A DNA stretch of 64,000 nt from an uncultured delta proteobacterium. GTDB taxonomy: Bacteria > Desulfobacterota > Desulfobacteria > Desulfobacterales > JAHEIW01. The notes beneath the pieces are model-generated. The model saw only the letters and a program-made list of their open reading frames with translations, was not told where the DNA came from and did no database searches. Below, piece after piece: positions 49,381 to 58,021 of this stretch. Position 1 is the first letter of the stretch. The number at the start of each line of letters is the position of its first letter. The DNA lies in assembly GCA_963706575.1 (NCBI GenBank), contig CAVPNL010000012.1, forward strand, positions 32,001 through 96,000. Reading direction: 5' to 3'. Position numbers and translations under genes: made by a program.

Positions 49381-49575
49381 ATGAGAAAAATAAGAGAATT
49401 AAATAAACGCCTGAGATCTGACAAAAAACCGGTCGTGAACAAGCCGTCAGATACCGATTTTGTTGAAAGGCGTTCAGCGGCGGCCGATCGGCGCAAAATA
49501 CATACCTTCATTGCAAATGACAGACGCAGTGGAATTGCTGACAGACGCCAACAAAATCGTAAAATCAGACCTTAG
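49381..49575 (+). CDS. Small Arg-rich protein with ERRS..DRR repeats
   Basis: VERRSAAADRR...NDRRSGIADRR. Confidence 0.6.
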   Translation: MRKIRELNKRLRSDKKPVVNKPSDTDFVERRSAAADRRKIHTFIANDRRSGIADRRQQNRKIRP

Positions 49576-49825
49576 ACGCGCCCGGACGATATCATCTGCC
49601 GTTTAAGGATACCACTTCCTGTGATTTAATCCATCGTATCAGTTTAGTTATTTTTAACTACATCATTATTACTATAATACTTAAGTATTAAGCATATAGC
49701 ACTTTAGTATTATGAAACGCATACCACAGAATTAACGACTTCTTTCCATATATTCGAATCCCGTATATTCCGCAACTCTCTGTCTATCCTTCTGTATATA
49801 TTCAATATTCATTTGTCTTCACATT

Positions 49826-49842
49826 TTGGCATATGTCTTGCT
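49826..49842 (+). promoter_or_regulatory. Sigma54 (-24/-12) promoter
   Basis: TTGGCATATGTCTTGCT, near-consensus, upstream of the tandem PilZ gene. Confidence 0.7.
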
Positions 49843-49974
49843 CCTTTCACATTTATATTCTGATCTTTATCTTTTTTCATTTCAGATTAATCGAAATGAC
49901 TAGATGAATGACAGGATTGCATTCAATTGCGCAATCGTATTCTCTTCATGTCTTTACTCCAGAGGAGACGAGCA

Positions 49975-50646
49975 ATGACTCGATTTTATGAAAAAAGATC
50001 TGATAGTCGTACCGATTTTAAATCGCCCATTATGGTGGAAGATTCGAAAGGTATTATCTATAAAGCCCGAATGGTTAACTATAGTGGAAACGGCTTGTGC
50101 ATTGAAACGGATTGGTTATTGCGACCGGGAACCGAGATCTATATTGAGATGGAACAATCACCCTACGCATCCCATTCATTTGATCTGCCCGAACGATATC
50201 GGGCGGTGATATTATGGCATGCCAGATTGGAAAACTCCTTCTACAGTTATGGCTATGGGGTTAAATATACACCCGAGGTAGATACGCAGATCCCGCAAAT
50301 CAAAATATTGCAAGAAACAAAAATTAGTGAAGATTTGAGGCGGTATCCGAGGAAGCATTTTTCTAACTCGGTATTTTTCACTTCGCGAAATGGATACTTT
50401 GAAGGCCTGATCAACAACATCAGTAAGAATGGCGTCTTCATCAAAACGCAAGATGATTTTACTGTCGGACAGGTGGTCAGGATAGTCATTCCGGGCACAA
50501 AAATTGATAACGGTACGATGCTAAAAGGTGAAATTCGGCATCGAAGCAAAAAAGGAATCGGAATACAGTTTAAACAGCTATTGAAGGCCAAATTAGATTC
50601 TAACCAGCAAGTCCAAAAAAAATCCTCTTGTGTGGTAACGCGCTAA
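49975..50646 (+). CDS. Tandem PilZ-domain protein
   Basis: EKRSDSR/NYSGNG and DLRRYPR/NISKNG. ATG at 49975 after AGGAG. Confidence 0.85.
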   Translation: MTRFYEKRSDSRTDFKSPIMVEDSKGIIYKARMVNYSGNGLCIETDWLLRPGTEIYIEMEQSPYASHSFDLPERYRAVILWHARLENSFYSYGYGVKYTPEVDTQIPQIKILQETKISEDLRRYPRKHFSNSVFFTSRNGYFEGLINNISKNGVFIKTQDDFTVGQVVRIVIPGTKIDNGTMLKGEIRHRSKKGIGIQFKQLLKAKLDSNQQVQKKSSCVVTR

Positions 50647-50686
50647 GATATGCATCCGCCAGAGTATATAGGGGGGCTCAGAGTAT

Positions 50687-51505
50687 ATGATGATGCGAAT
50701 TCTAAAGATTTTTTTATTTCTTTTCCTGCTTTCGGCACAGGTCGATGATGTTAATAGCGCCATATTCCAATTAGACCCCGATAATTTCAGTTCACGAGCT
50801 CATAACACCGGAATATATAGCTATGATTTCAGAGTTAATGTCATCGAGCATGACGGGATTCTGATGGATGCGGTTTCCGTCACCCCCCGCAGCACGCAAA
50901 GACCTTTCGTACCGTTTGACAATGGCGGCCATTTACTTTTCATTTCGAGAAATGTATTCCTGAATGTCACCAAAGGCATGATCGCAATGAACCTCCCGAC
51001 CGCTAAAGGAAGGTTGATCAGATTGATAGCCGGTGCCGGCAGTGATATTGAATTCGAACCGGATTCCTTTACAATCACTTCCTCTGTTTCTAACCCCAAT
51101 GCAGTAAAAGCGATCCTTGAGGGTATCGAGTTTATCATCCGGCCGGGTGAAACGACCCGCTTTATTGAAACGAATATTATCCCGGCAAGTGTAAATGTTG
51201 CTTTTAACCAAAACACAGGGGGATTAATTTCGGTTGCCATATTCGGCAGCGCTTACCTGGACGTAAATCAGATTAAAATTAACAGCCTGTTGCTCGAAAG
51301 CCCTGTCTTAAAGCAGAATGCAAAATCCGAGCGTCCCGCGACCATCGCTCACCTTAATGATGATTCATATCCGGACCTGATGGTTGAGTTTGAAGCAAAT
51401 AAAGGCCCCTCCAACGACAATTTCAGCCATGCCATACTACTTAAAGGCCGATTGTCCGACGGCACCATAATCAAAAGCATATCCGCAATGGACTTCATAT
51501 TTTAA
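50687..51505 (+). CDS. Hypothetical exported protein
   Basis: Signal-peptide-like N-terminus; C-terminal ISVAIFGS...HLNDDSYPDLMVEF segment (Ca-binding-like DxxxDL loop). Confidence 0.65.
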   Translation: MMMRILKIFLFLFLLSAQVDDVNSAIFQLDPDNFSSRAHNTGIYSYDFRVNVIEHDGILMDAVSVTPRSTQRPFVPFDNGGHLLFISRNVFLNVTKGMIAMNLPTAKGRLIRLIAGAGSDIEFEPDSFTITSSVSNPNAVKAILEGIEFIIRPGETTRFIETNIIPASVNVAFNQNTGGLISVAIFGSAYLDVNQIKINSLLLESPVLKQNAKSERPATIAHLNDDSYPDLMVEFEANKGPSNDNFSHAILLKGRLSDGTIIKSISAMDFIF

Positions 51506-51567
51506 ACAAATAGAGCGGCAGAGAATCGGGGGATCGCTTGCAGACATATCGGGGAAAGCCATCCATT

Positions 51568-52008
51568 TCAGGGCTTTTTGAGCCTGCCGAATTTCAGCGC
51601 TTTTTCGGTTGCTTCACTGTCTATCACCAGATTAGCGCCTTCCATGCGGATGCTGCGGGCTTTTTGCAGGGCAGCGAAAAAACGCTCTTCCTGGTCCATT
51701 ACCACCAACGGGCAAATTCGCCGGGTCGAACTGATGGGACCCACTTCGAAAAATTTAAAGCCTGAACGAACCGTGGCGAAATAGCGGTTACATCCACCCC
51801 AGCCGACAATCCGATCATTTCCCTGGAACCGTAAGGTCGATTGCACCCGGTCGATCACAGCCCTGCCGTCGATTTCCTCCAGCATCCAATCGGTGCTGTT
51901 AAACTCTTCGACACCCATGCGCAACCTCTCGGTTTGACTGCAGGCACCGATCAGAAACAAAGCGAAGATGAATAGCACAACCTTGGGCTTCATCGACAGG
52001 GCCTCCAT
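51568..52008 (-). CDS. META-domain (HslJ-like) lipoprotein
   Basis: Lipobox IGAC; W.LEEIDG, GWGGCNRY, STRRIC, QEERFFAAL. Confidence 0.85.
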   Translation of the reverse strand: MEALSMKPKVVLFIFALFLIGACSQTERLRMGVEEFNSTDWMLEEIDGRAVIDRVQSTLRFQGNDRIVGWGGCNRYFATVRSGFKFFEVGPISSTRRICPLVVMDQEERFFAALQKARSIRMEGANLVIDSEATEKALKFGRLKKP

Positions 52009-52015
52009 TTTTTGT

Positions 52016-52801
52016 TTACCATTCGCTGGTCAGCCGCCTTTTCACCTCACTCCATTTTGCATCCATATTTTTTACGGCATCAAAAGCGAGATCCAGATGC
52101 GGCTCCATGTACTTTGAAAAAACCTGGTTCTGTTTTTTCTTATCCTTGATTCCTCTTCTTTGAAGCGGCATATCGGATACCAGCATGATGGATCCAATCG
52201 GAACCCCGTAATGGTAGGCCACGGAGAACAGGGTGGCCAGTTCCATGTCGATGGCCAGTATGCGTTGATGGCGTAAATAGTCGACAAATTTTTTATCGAA
52301 CTCCCATAAGCGCCGATCGGTCGTATACATAATGCCGCAGCGGGGAATCAGCCCGATTTGCCGAACCGCCCCGAGGCAGTAAAGATTTACCGAAGAAGCC
52401 GGTATGGCGGGAAACTCCGGCGGCAGATAATCATTGCTGGCCCCTTCGCCTCGAATCGCGGCAGAAGGAACAATGAAATCCCCCTCTTCAAGAACATCGT
52501 CGATCCCTCCGCACATCCCCAGCATGATGACGGTTTTGAGATTCTCCAGGTAAGCCAGGCAGTTGATCACCAGCGCCGCCTGCGGTGAGCCGATACCAAA
52601 ATCGATCATGGTACAATTGATATCTTTGGCGTTGACGATGCGAAAATTTCCCTCGGCGTATTTTCCTTTGGTTCTCTCTTTAAACCGCATGATATATTTT
52701 TTGAAATTCGTAATAACGATATGATCGCAGATCTCTTCAATGCTGCAATTGGTATATCTTTCCAGTGTCTGCTTTACGTATTCATGTTCTTTGATTGACA
52801 T
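52016..52801 (-). CDS. amn: AMP nucleosidase (short PNP/UDP-family form)
   Basis: LERYT, TNF, IDFGIGSPQAA, AIRGEGAS.DYLP, TTDRRLWE, IDMELATLF, LVSDMP. ATG at 52801 after AAGGAG. Confidence 0.8.
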   Translation of the reverse strand: MSIKEHEYVKQTLERYTNCSIEEICDHIVITNFKKYIMRFKERTKGKYAEGNFRIVNAKDINCTMIDFGIGSPQAALVINCLAYLENLKTVIMLGMCGGIDDVLEEGDFIVPSAAIRGEGASNDYLPPEFPAIPASSVNLYCLGAVRQIGLIPRCGIMYTTDRRLWEFDKKFVDYLRHQRILAIDMELATLFSVAYHYGVPIGSIMLVSDMPLQRRGIKDKKKQNQVFSKYMEPHLDLAFDAVKNMDAKWSEVKRRLTSEW

Positions 52802-52955
52802 ATTCGGCTCCTTAGCTTCCGATACACTGAGCAATTCGGTGAAATTGAGTTTCATCCGTCCATCACGGATCATTTGCTCCCATGAGAATTTTTGTCTACC
52901 ACACGCGACGGGTAATAAATCAATTCGGCGAAAAGTAATAACATCTTTTATGGTC

Positions 52956-54062
52956 TCAGGACAGATGCGCAAGCTTTTCAAGTTCCTGATCATAGCGATC
53001 GATGAGATTCTCCCAGGCATACCTGGTCATTTGCTCTGAGAGGTCGCCACGAAGCTTTTCGAACTCGGAATAATTTGTAATCAGCCGGCCAAGCTTGTCC
53101 ACCAGGTCGCCCGGATCCTTGTAAAAAACCTGCGGATGGAAACGCTGCGGAATGATTTCCGGGTATGCCAGCCTGGCAGGCAGCAGCGGCACACAACCGT
53201 AACGGACTGCCTCGATTACGGCAATTCCAAAGTTTTCCTGCCGGGCGGTACTGATCACAATCGATCCGCGTTTCAGCCACTTAATATATTCCGCCCGTGA
53301 TTCCACATAGCCGTATTGAACGATGCGCTCCCCGTAACGATCGCGAGCGCCCATAAACGCTTTGGGAATCGCCTGATAGTTTTCGCCAAGCAGCGCAAGG
53401 CGAAACGCTGTCCCGCTTTCCATCAATGTATCCAGGGCTCGAAAAAAATCATCCGGATTTTTGTCAAACTCCCAGCGGTGGTTCCAGATAATCAGGGGCG
53501 GAACCTCCTGTGAAAATTCAGCGGCGGATAGCACCTGCGCAGGGAATCGGCAGCCGGGATAGAGAACGCCGGCCTTTGAGCGGATGGCTTCCACCACCCA
53601 GTTGGGCCGATACTCCGGCATCATCTTTAAAAAGCCCGGCAATTTTGAAAAAAAAGAATCGCTGTGGGTCCGGGAATTAAACAAAACCCGTTCCGCCGCA
53701 AGAGCCGTCGTTATATCCGTGAAGCCAAACTGATAGTCCATGTGCTCGCCGGGTGCCAGGGGATAGGTGAGCTGTGTTTCGTGAAAATAAGCCAGGGCCG
53801 GCGGACATTGGCCTTTTGAAAGTACCTTGTAATCCGACAGGCTCATCAAACCGGTTGTGATCAATCCGTTATAGGCCTCGAGGGAAGGAATTTTTTTAAC
53901 AAAATAAAGTGCCGCTCCTCGCATGCGCCATTTCCAGAAACGGGCGGGCATGGTCACCAGATCTATGTGGTGTTTTGAACGGGAAACCAGACCTTTTGCA
54001 AATTCCCGGTGTGACCCACCAAAAAACGGTTCCAGGAACAGAAATTTTAGCTTTGTCTTCAC
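52956..54062 (-). CDS. DUF3524 + GT4 glycosyltransferase (GTDC1-like)
   Basis: EPFFGGSH, ARFWKWRMRG, YFHETQLTYP, WNHRWEFDKNP, ENFGIAVIEAV, RLAYPE. Confidence 0.85.
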   Translation of the reverse strand: MKTKLKFLFLEPFFGGSHREFAKGLVSRSKHHIDLVTMPARFWKWRMRGAALYFVKKIPSLEAYNGLITTGLMSLSDYKVLSKGQCPPALAYFHETQLTYPLAPGEHMDYQFGFTDITTALAAERVLFNSRTHSDSFFSKLPGFLKMMPEYRPNWVVEAIRSKAGVLYPGCRFPAQVLSAAEFSQEVPPLIIWNHRWEFDKNPDDFFRALDTLMESGTAFRLALLGENYQAIPKAFMGARDRYGERIVQYGYVESRAEYIKWLKRGSIVISTARQENFGIAVIEAVRYGCVPLLPARLAYPEIIPQRFHPQVFYKDPGDLVDKLGRLITNYSEFEKLRGDLSEQMTRYAWENLIDRYDQELEKLAHLS

Positions 54063-54312
54063 TTTGAGGCAATGAGTACGAATCGTAACGCTTGTTAAAG
54101 CCGGAATGGAGAAGTGACCCTTTAAATGTATCCTGTTTTATCTAAGTCGTTGTCAAAATCGAAATTTGTTCAATTAATCCTATCAGAGCGCTTATGTCAA
54201 TCCCCATCAAAATCGACCGACAAGGACCCCGCAAGATCGAGACAAAGACGCGCAAAATCAATCCCGCTTTTGTCCGGATCTGACAATCTGCCATGCTATG
54301 CTCTAAACAATA

Positions 54313-54458
54313 TAGAATCCATCTCAAAAATGTCTTTTGGCCCAATATCTTTGTTGGAGCCTCGCTTCAAATCCTCGACATACAACAGTATGCCTCCGGT
54401 TTGAAGCTCGGCCCCGCCGCGATCTTGAACCAAAATCCTATTTTTGAGATGGGTTCTA
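54313..54458. mobile_element. 146-bp MITE, copy 2
   Basis: TIRs TAGAATCCATCTCAAAAAT / ATTTTTGAGATGGGTTCTA; colinear with 47336-47481. Confidence 0.85.
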
Positions 54459-54486
54459 AACCCATGGATTTTAGAAAGGAAAAAAA

Positions 54487-55017
54487 ATGATGCCTGGCAG
54501 TAATGTGGATTCAACCAACGCCGTATTCAAACTCAAAAATACCATCTGGGCATTTCCCTACCTTGCGGTGATGGGACTGATCTGGGGCTATCTGGCGGGC
54601 GCGTCTTCAGGTGCAATCGTCGGCCTGGCGGCCGCCGTGGCGATCTGCGTATTGATCGGTTCGGCAACACCCATCTTTAACGGACCGCGGGGCGGCAGCG
54701 CCGTTAGCACCCGTTCCAAACCGCCAAGAAACAACATGATTGTACGGAAACAGCTGGCTTCAGATCTGAATGCCGTGCGCTACCACAAACTATGTCATCA
54801 ATTCGATGATGCCCTGTTAAAAATCGAGGAAGTCCTCGCCAAAGATCCTGATTTTGTCGAAGCCTTGCTTTTAAAAGCCCAGATTCTGTGGGAGGGATTT
54901 GAGGACTGTCAAGCGGCCAGAGCCTGCCTGTTAACAATTTTAGCGGTAGTACCTGATGAAAAGGATGTGTTTCACAGCTGGGCGCTGAATATGTATAAAG
55001 AACTGTATCAGAAATAG
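54487..55017 (+). CDS. Membrane protein with C-terminal TPR-like repeat
   Basis: Two TM helices, then FDDAL..IEEVLAKDPDFVEALLLKAQIL. Confidence 0.7.
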   Translation: MMPGSNVDSTNAVFKLKNTIWAFPYLAVMGLIWGYLAGASSGAIVGLAAAVAICVLIGSATPIFNGPRGGSAVSTRSKPPRNNMIVRKQLASDLNAVRYHKLCHQFDDALLKIEEVLAKDPDFVEALLLKAQILWEGFEDCQAARACLLTILAVVPDEKDVFHSWALNMYKELYQK

Positions 55018-55106
55018 CCGGTCACGATTTTAAGCCGGTCAGCCGCAGGCGGATTGAGCCCGTTAGAAGAAGATGGAGATTATTATCGACAACTAATGGA
55101 GGTAAT

Positions 55107-55523
55107 ATGCATCGTAAAAAGCTAAGTAAAAAGGAAGCGGTAACTGTTTTCGCAAAAGCCTGGAACAATCTGGATGCATCTTTGATCGAACCTTACATTG
55201 CCGAAGACATTATTTACTGGTCCCAGCAGGTGCTGACCGACATGACCGGTAAAAAGGCAGTCATGAAATACTTAACAGATAAAATGGAAACCATTCGCAA
55301 ATCACCCGGTGATCGGATATTCGCCGAACTGGGAGAAACGAAGCCTTACCCGATGGCACCCGATCCGATCGAACCCTGCGTTATTCTGGCCCAGGGCCAT
55401 AAAGACAATGTCGGCGCTCTGGCCCTGCTTAGAATTGAATCCAATAAAATTAACAGTATCGGCATTTGTTCTGATGCGCCACATCCTTCAACCGCCAAAC
55501 GCTCGGGAGAGTATCCGCTGTAA
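55107..55523 (+). CDS. NTF2/SnoaL-like protein
   Basis: FAKAWNNLD...IAEDIIY...GKKAVMKY; GGAGG RBS. Confidence 0.65.
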   Translation: MHRKKLSKKEAVTVFAKAWNNLDASLIEPYIAEDIIYWSQQVLTDMTGKKAVMKYLTDKMETIRKSPGDRIFAELGETKPYPMAPDPIEPCVILAQGHKDNVGALALLRIESNKINSIGICSDAPHPSTAKRSGEYPL

Positions 55524-55526
55524 GCG

Positions 55527-55572
55527 GGTTTGGGGCTTCGCGCTCCGCGCTACGACCCCACAAGCAGGGTTA
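55527..55572 (+). repeat. 46-bp palindromic repeat, copy 2
   Basis: Matches 46590-46635; starts 3 bp after a stop codon. Confidence 0.85.
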
Positions 55573-55604
55573 AAAGGTTCAAAGGTTGGACAAAAAATTG
55601 GAAC

Positions 55605-55641
55605 AAAAAACCCCGATTCTCGAATTGAGCATCGGGGTTTT
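55605..55641. terminator. Bidirectional terminator between convergent genes
   Basis: AAAAAACCCCGATTCTC-GAATT-GAGCATCGGGGTTTT. Confidence 0.7.
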
Positions 55642-55758
55642 GGCTCTTACAGAATAGGTACAAAATGAATCTACCGAATGAGGTCACAGAAAAATATTTT
55701 GTAGGACCTGAAAGTCGAAAAGGCAACAATTGCTGCTTGAAAATGGGTTTAAGGTAAA

Positions 55759-55962
55759 TCAATTAGAATCCGGACAAACGCTGGACCAATCGCTGACCCG
55801 GACGCAGCTATCCCGCCGTTCGTCCTTTTGCCTGCGATCCCCGCCGTGCCTTCTTTCCACGCCGCTGTTTTCAAAATAATCCGAGTCATAGACAGCCCGT
55901 CTGTCTTCTCCGGATCGGCGATCCATATAAGGGTCTCTTACTCTTGCATTTTGCGAAGTCAT
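55759..55962 (-). CDS. Small Arg-rich protein with DRRS..DRR repeats
   Basis: DRRSGEDRR...YFENSGVERRHGGDRRQKDERR; GAGGAGG RBS. Confidence 0.75.
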   Translation of the reverse strand: MTSQNARVRDPYMDRRSGEDRRAVYDSDYFENSGVERRHGGDRRQKDERRDSCVRVSDWSSVCPDSN

Positions 55963-56150
55963 GATGGTACCTCCTCAATTAAAATATATATTAATCATCC
56001 ATAGCCATAAAGCAATGGGTCGCATAAAAACCGATATTACGCGAGGGCGTTCATTATTTTTCTCGGGCATTGTTTGTAATTTGATTGATTTTGCGATACT
56101 GAATCGGGAAATAGAATTCGCTGACCGATAATTATCGGGGAGGTAAATTG

Positions 56151-56600
56151 ATGTTTCTCTGGAAATATATGACCATTATTTTTGCTTTCGGGGCGCTCGG
56201 CGGAGTTGTCAATGCGCTGCTGACGGACAATGGGTTTATTCTTCCTAAAAAGGAGCGGCAGGATAACACCAGAATTATTCGTCCCGGGTTTTTAGTGAAT
56301 ATTTTTATTGGCGGAATTGCCGCTCTGGTTTCCTGGGGCTTATACGGGCCGTTTGCAGCGGTCTTTATTATCGGCGGAACCAATGATCCCGGCGTCGGCA
56401 GCACCGGACTCAGCCTGTCTTCTGTGATCGGCGGATTGCTTGTCGGCGTCGGCGGAGCGCGCTGGTTGACAAATGAAGTCGACAAGAAATTACTGCGCGC
56501 AGCTGCCAGCAAGGCGGCTTCCGGCCAGCCCAGCGATCAAAAAGCGATTCGAATATCAGCCGCCCCTCCGGCAGAGGCATTAAGAATCGCAGCAGAGTAA
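56151..56600 (+). CDS. DUF4257-like small membrane protein
   Basis: FGALGGVVNALL.DNGFILP...GFLVNIFIGGIAA...GVGGARWL; GGAGG RBS. Confidence 0.65.
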   Translation: MFLWKYMTIIFAFGALGGVVNALLTDNGFILPKKERQDNTRIIRPGFLVNIFIGGIAALVSWGLYGPFAAVFIIGGTNDPGVGSTGLSLSSVIGGLLVGVGGARWLTNEVDKKLLRAAASKAASGQPSDQKAIRISAAPPAEALRIAAE

Positions 56601-56619
56601 GCAGCCAGCGGCTCGCGCC

Positions 56620-56870
56620 TGGTTCAAAGGTTCAAGGTTCAAAAGTTCAGGGTTGAAGTAAAAAGTCCAAAAGGCCGGTTTCATTGGTCTGATTCGTTCA
56701 ATTGGTTTGATGGGTTAATTGTCGAGTCCTTCAGCCGGCTTCATTGGTTTAATCGGTTCGCTTTAACAAATAAAACCAATTAAACCAATCAAACAAATAT
56801 AACACTTGTTTTAACCCCTAACCTTGAACAGAGAACTCTGAACCCAGAACCTCTGAACCTTGAAACTTGA
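56620..56870. repeat. Nested inverted short-period repeats
   Basis: Outer arms (GGTTCAA)n / (TGAACC)n; inner arms ATTGGTTT / AAACCAAT. Confidence 0.7.
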
Positions 56871-56920
56871 TATTCTCTGCCAACCCATTTACAAAGTATA
56901 TAGAAAGGAAGAGATAGACA

Positions 56921-57808
56921 ATGTCTAAAGCTTCAAAAACGGTAGATGGTTTTCTTTTCCTGCCCCCGGCCCTGCGTGCCTGGATCAGCAAAGATATTCC
57001 GAATCAACCGTTCAGCGGCAAGATCCCGTGGACGCCGCTTGACAAATCGATCAGCGAAGCAACTTTTACCCTGATGACCAGCGCCGGCATCAGCATGAAA
57101 TCCGATCCGCCTTTTGATATGGAGGGCGAAAAAGCCGAACCGGCCTGGGGCGATCCGAGCTATCGCCAGATTCCGAAAACAGCGACTGAAAACGACATCG
57201 AGGTCAATCATCTCCACGTCAACACCGCATTTATCAAACAGGATATCAATGTCATGCTTCCGCTGGCGAGGTTCCAGGAGTTCGAGCAAGAAGGCCTTAT
57301 CGGGAAGCTTGCCCCGACCTGTTACTCGTACTATGGCTACCAAATGGATCCTACAGCCCTTTTGACTGAAACCATGCCGCAGGTGACCGAAAGAATGCGG
57401 CAGGAAAATGTAGAGGCTGTATTGCTCACCCCGACCTGACCGTACTGCTGCCTGTCCGGGGGACAGGTTGCACGTTATTTAGAGAAAAATGGATTTTCAA
57501 CCGTAATCCTGGCCAATACGCCGGAGTTTAACAGGCAGGTTGGAATTCCGCGGGTGGCGGCCATCGAATATCCCTATGGCCGTACGGTGGGGCAGGTTCA
57601 CGATAAAGACGGGCAACGAAAAGTGCTCAAGGCGGCACTGTCTGTTTTAGAAAATGCGGAAAAACCCGGGCAGATATCTCACCTGCCGTTTACCTGGCCC
57701 GAGGAGCCCAAAGAAGTCGATTGGCAACCCCCGGAAATTTCGCCTATCGTAAAAATTAATCTGGATGAAATTAAGCGGCTGGGGGCTGAAGCCCGCAAAA
57801 AAAAGTGA
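56921..57808 (+). CDS. GrdB/PrdB-like selenoprotein (glycine/betaine/sarcosine/D-proline reductase selenoprotein B family), Sec at TGA 57437-57439
   Basis: ORFs 56921-57439 and 57554-57808 are in the same frame. Readthrough gives VLLTPT-U-PYCCLSGGQVARYLEKNGFSTV...GIPRVAAIEYPYG, the GrdB/PrdB UxxC context. Upstream TSAG, GDPSYR and DINVMLP motifs fit the family. Confidence 0.88.
57450..57468 (+). promoter_or_regulatory. Bacterial SECIS-like hairpin
   Basis: CCTGTCC-GGG-GGACAGG stem starting 11 nt after the TGA, with a G-rich apical loop. Confidence 0.7.
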
Positions 57809-57850
57809 GCCCCAAAGAGAAAGCGGAATCAAAACTTTTTTATATTGTTA

Positions 57851-57940
57851 TCACGCAAAGCCGCAAAGATTTTTTATATAAGAAATATCTTCTGGTATCT
57901 TAGCGCGCGTGTTTTTTTGCGTCTTGGCGTGAGGCCCAAG
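57851..57940. repeat. REP-like inverted element (TCACGCAAAGCCGC ... GCGTGAGGCCCAAG)
   Basis: Same ends as 58906-58990. Confidence 0.75.
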
Positions 57941-58021
57941 TCAACAGTTCACTTTATCATTTGCTGGTTTTGGCGCCAGAATCTGAAACCAAAGGCCTAA
58001 CCGAACTTTTTGAGGTTTGAA

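Noticed and set aside
52802..53020. N-terminal extension of AMP nucleosidase in the ORF track (334 aa)
   Set aside because: It overlaps the upstream gene. A good RBS and the family N-terminus indicate a start at 52801.
54126..54514. Short ORFs overlapping the MITEs (also 47109-47411)
   Set aside because: Their similarity to each other comes entirely from the repeated non-coding element.
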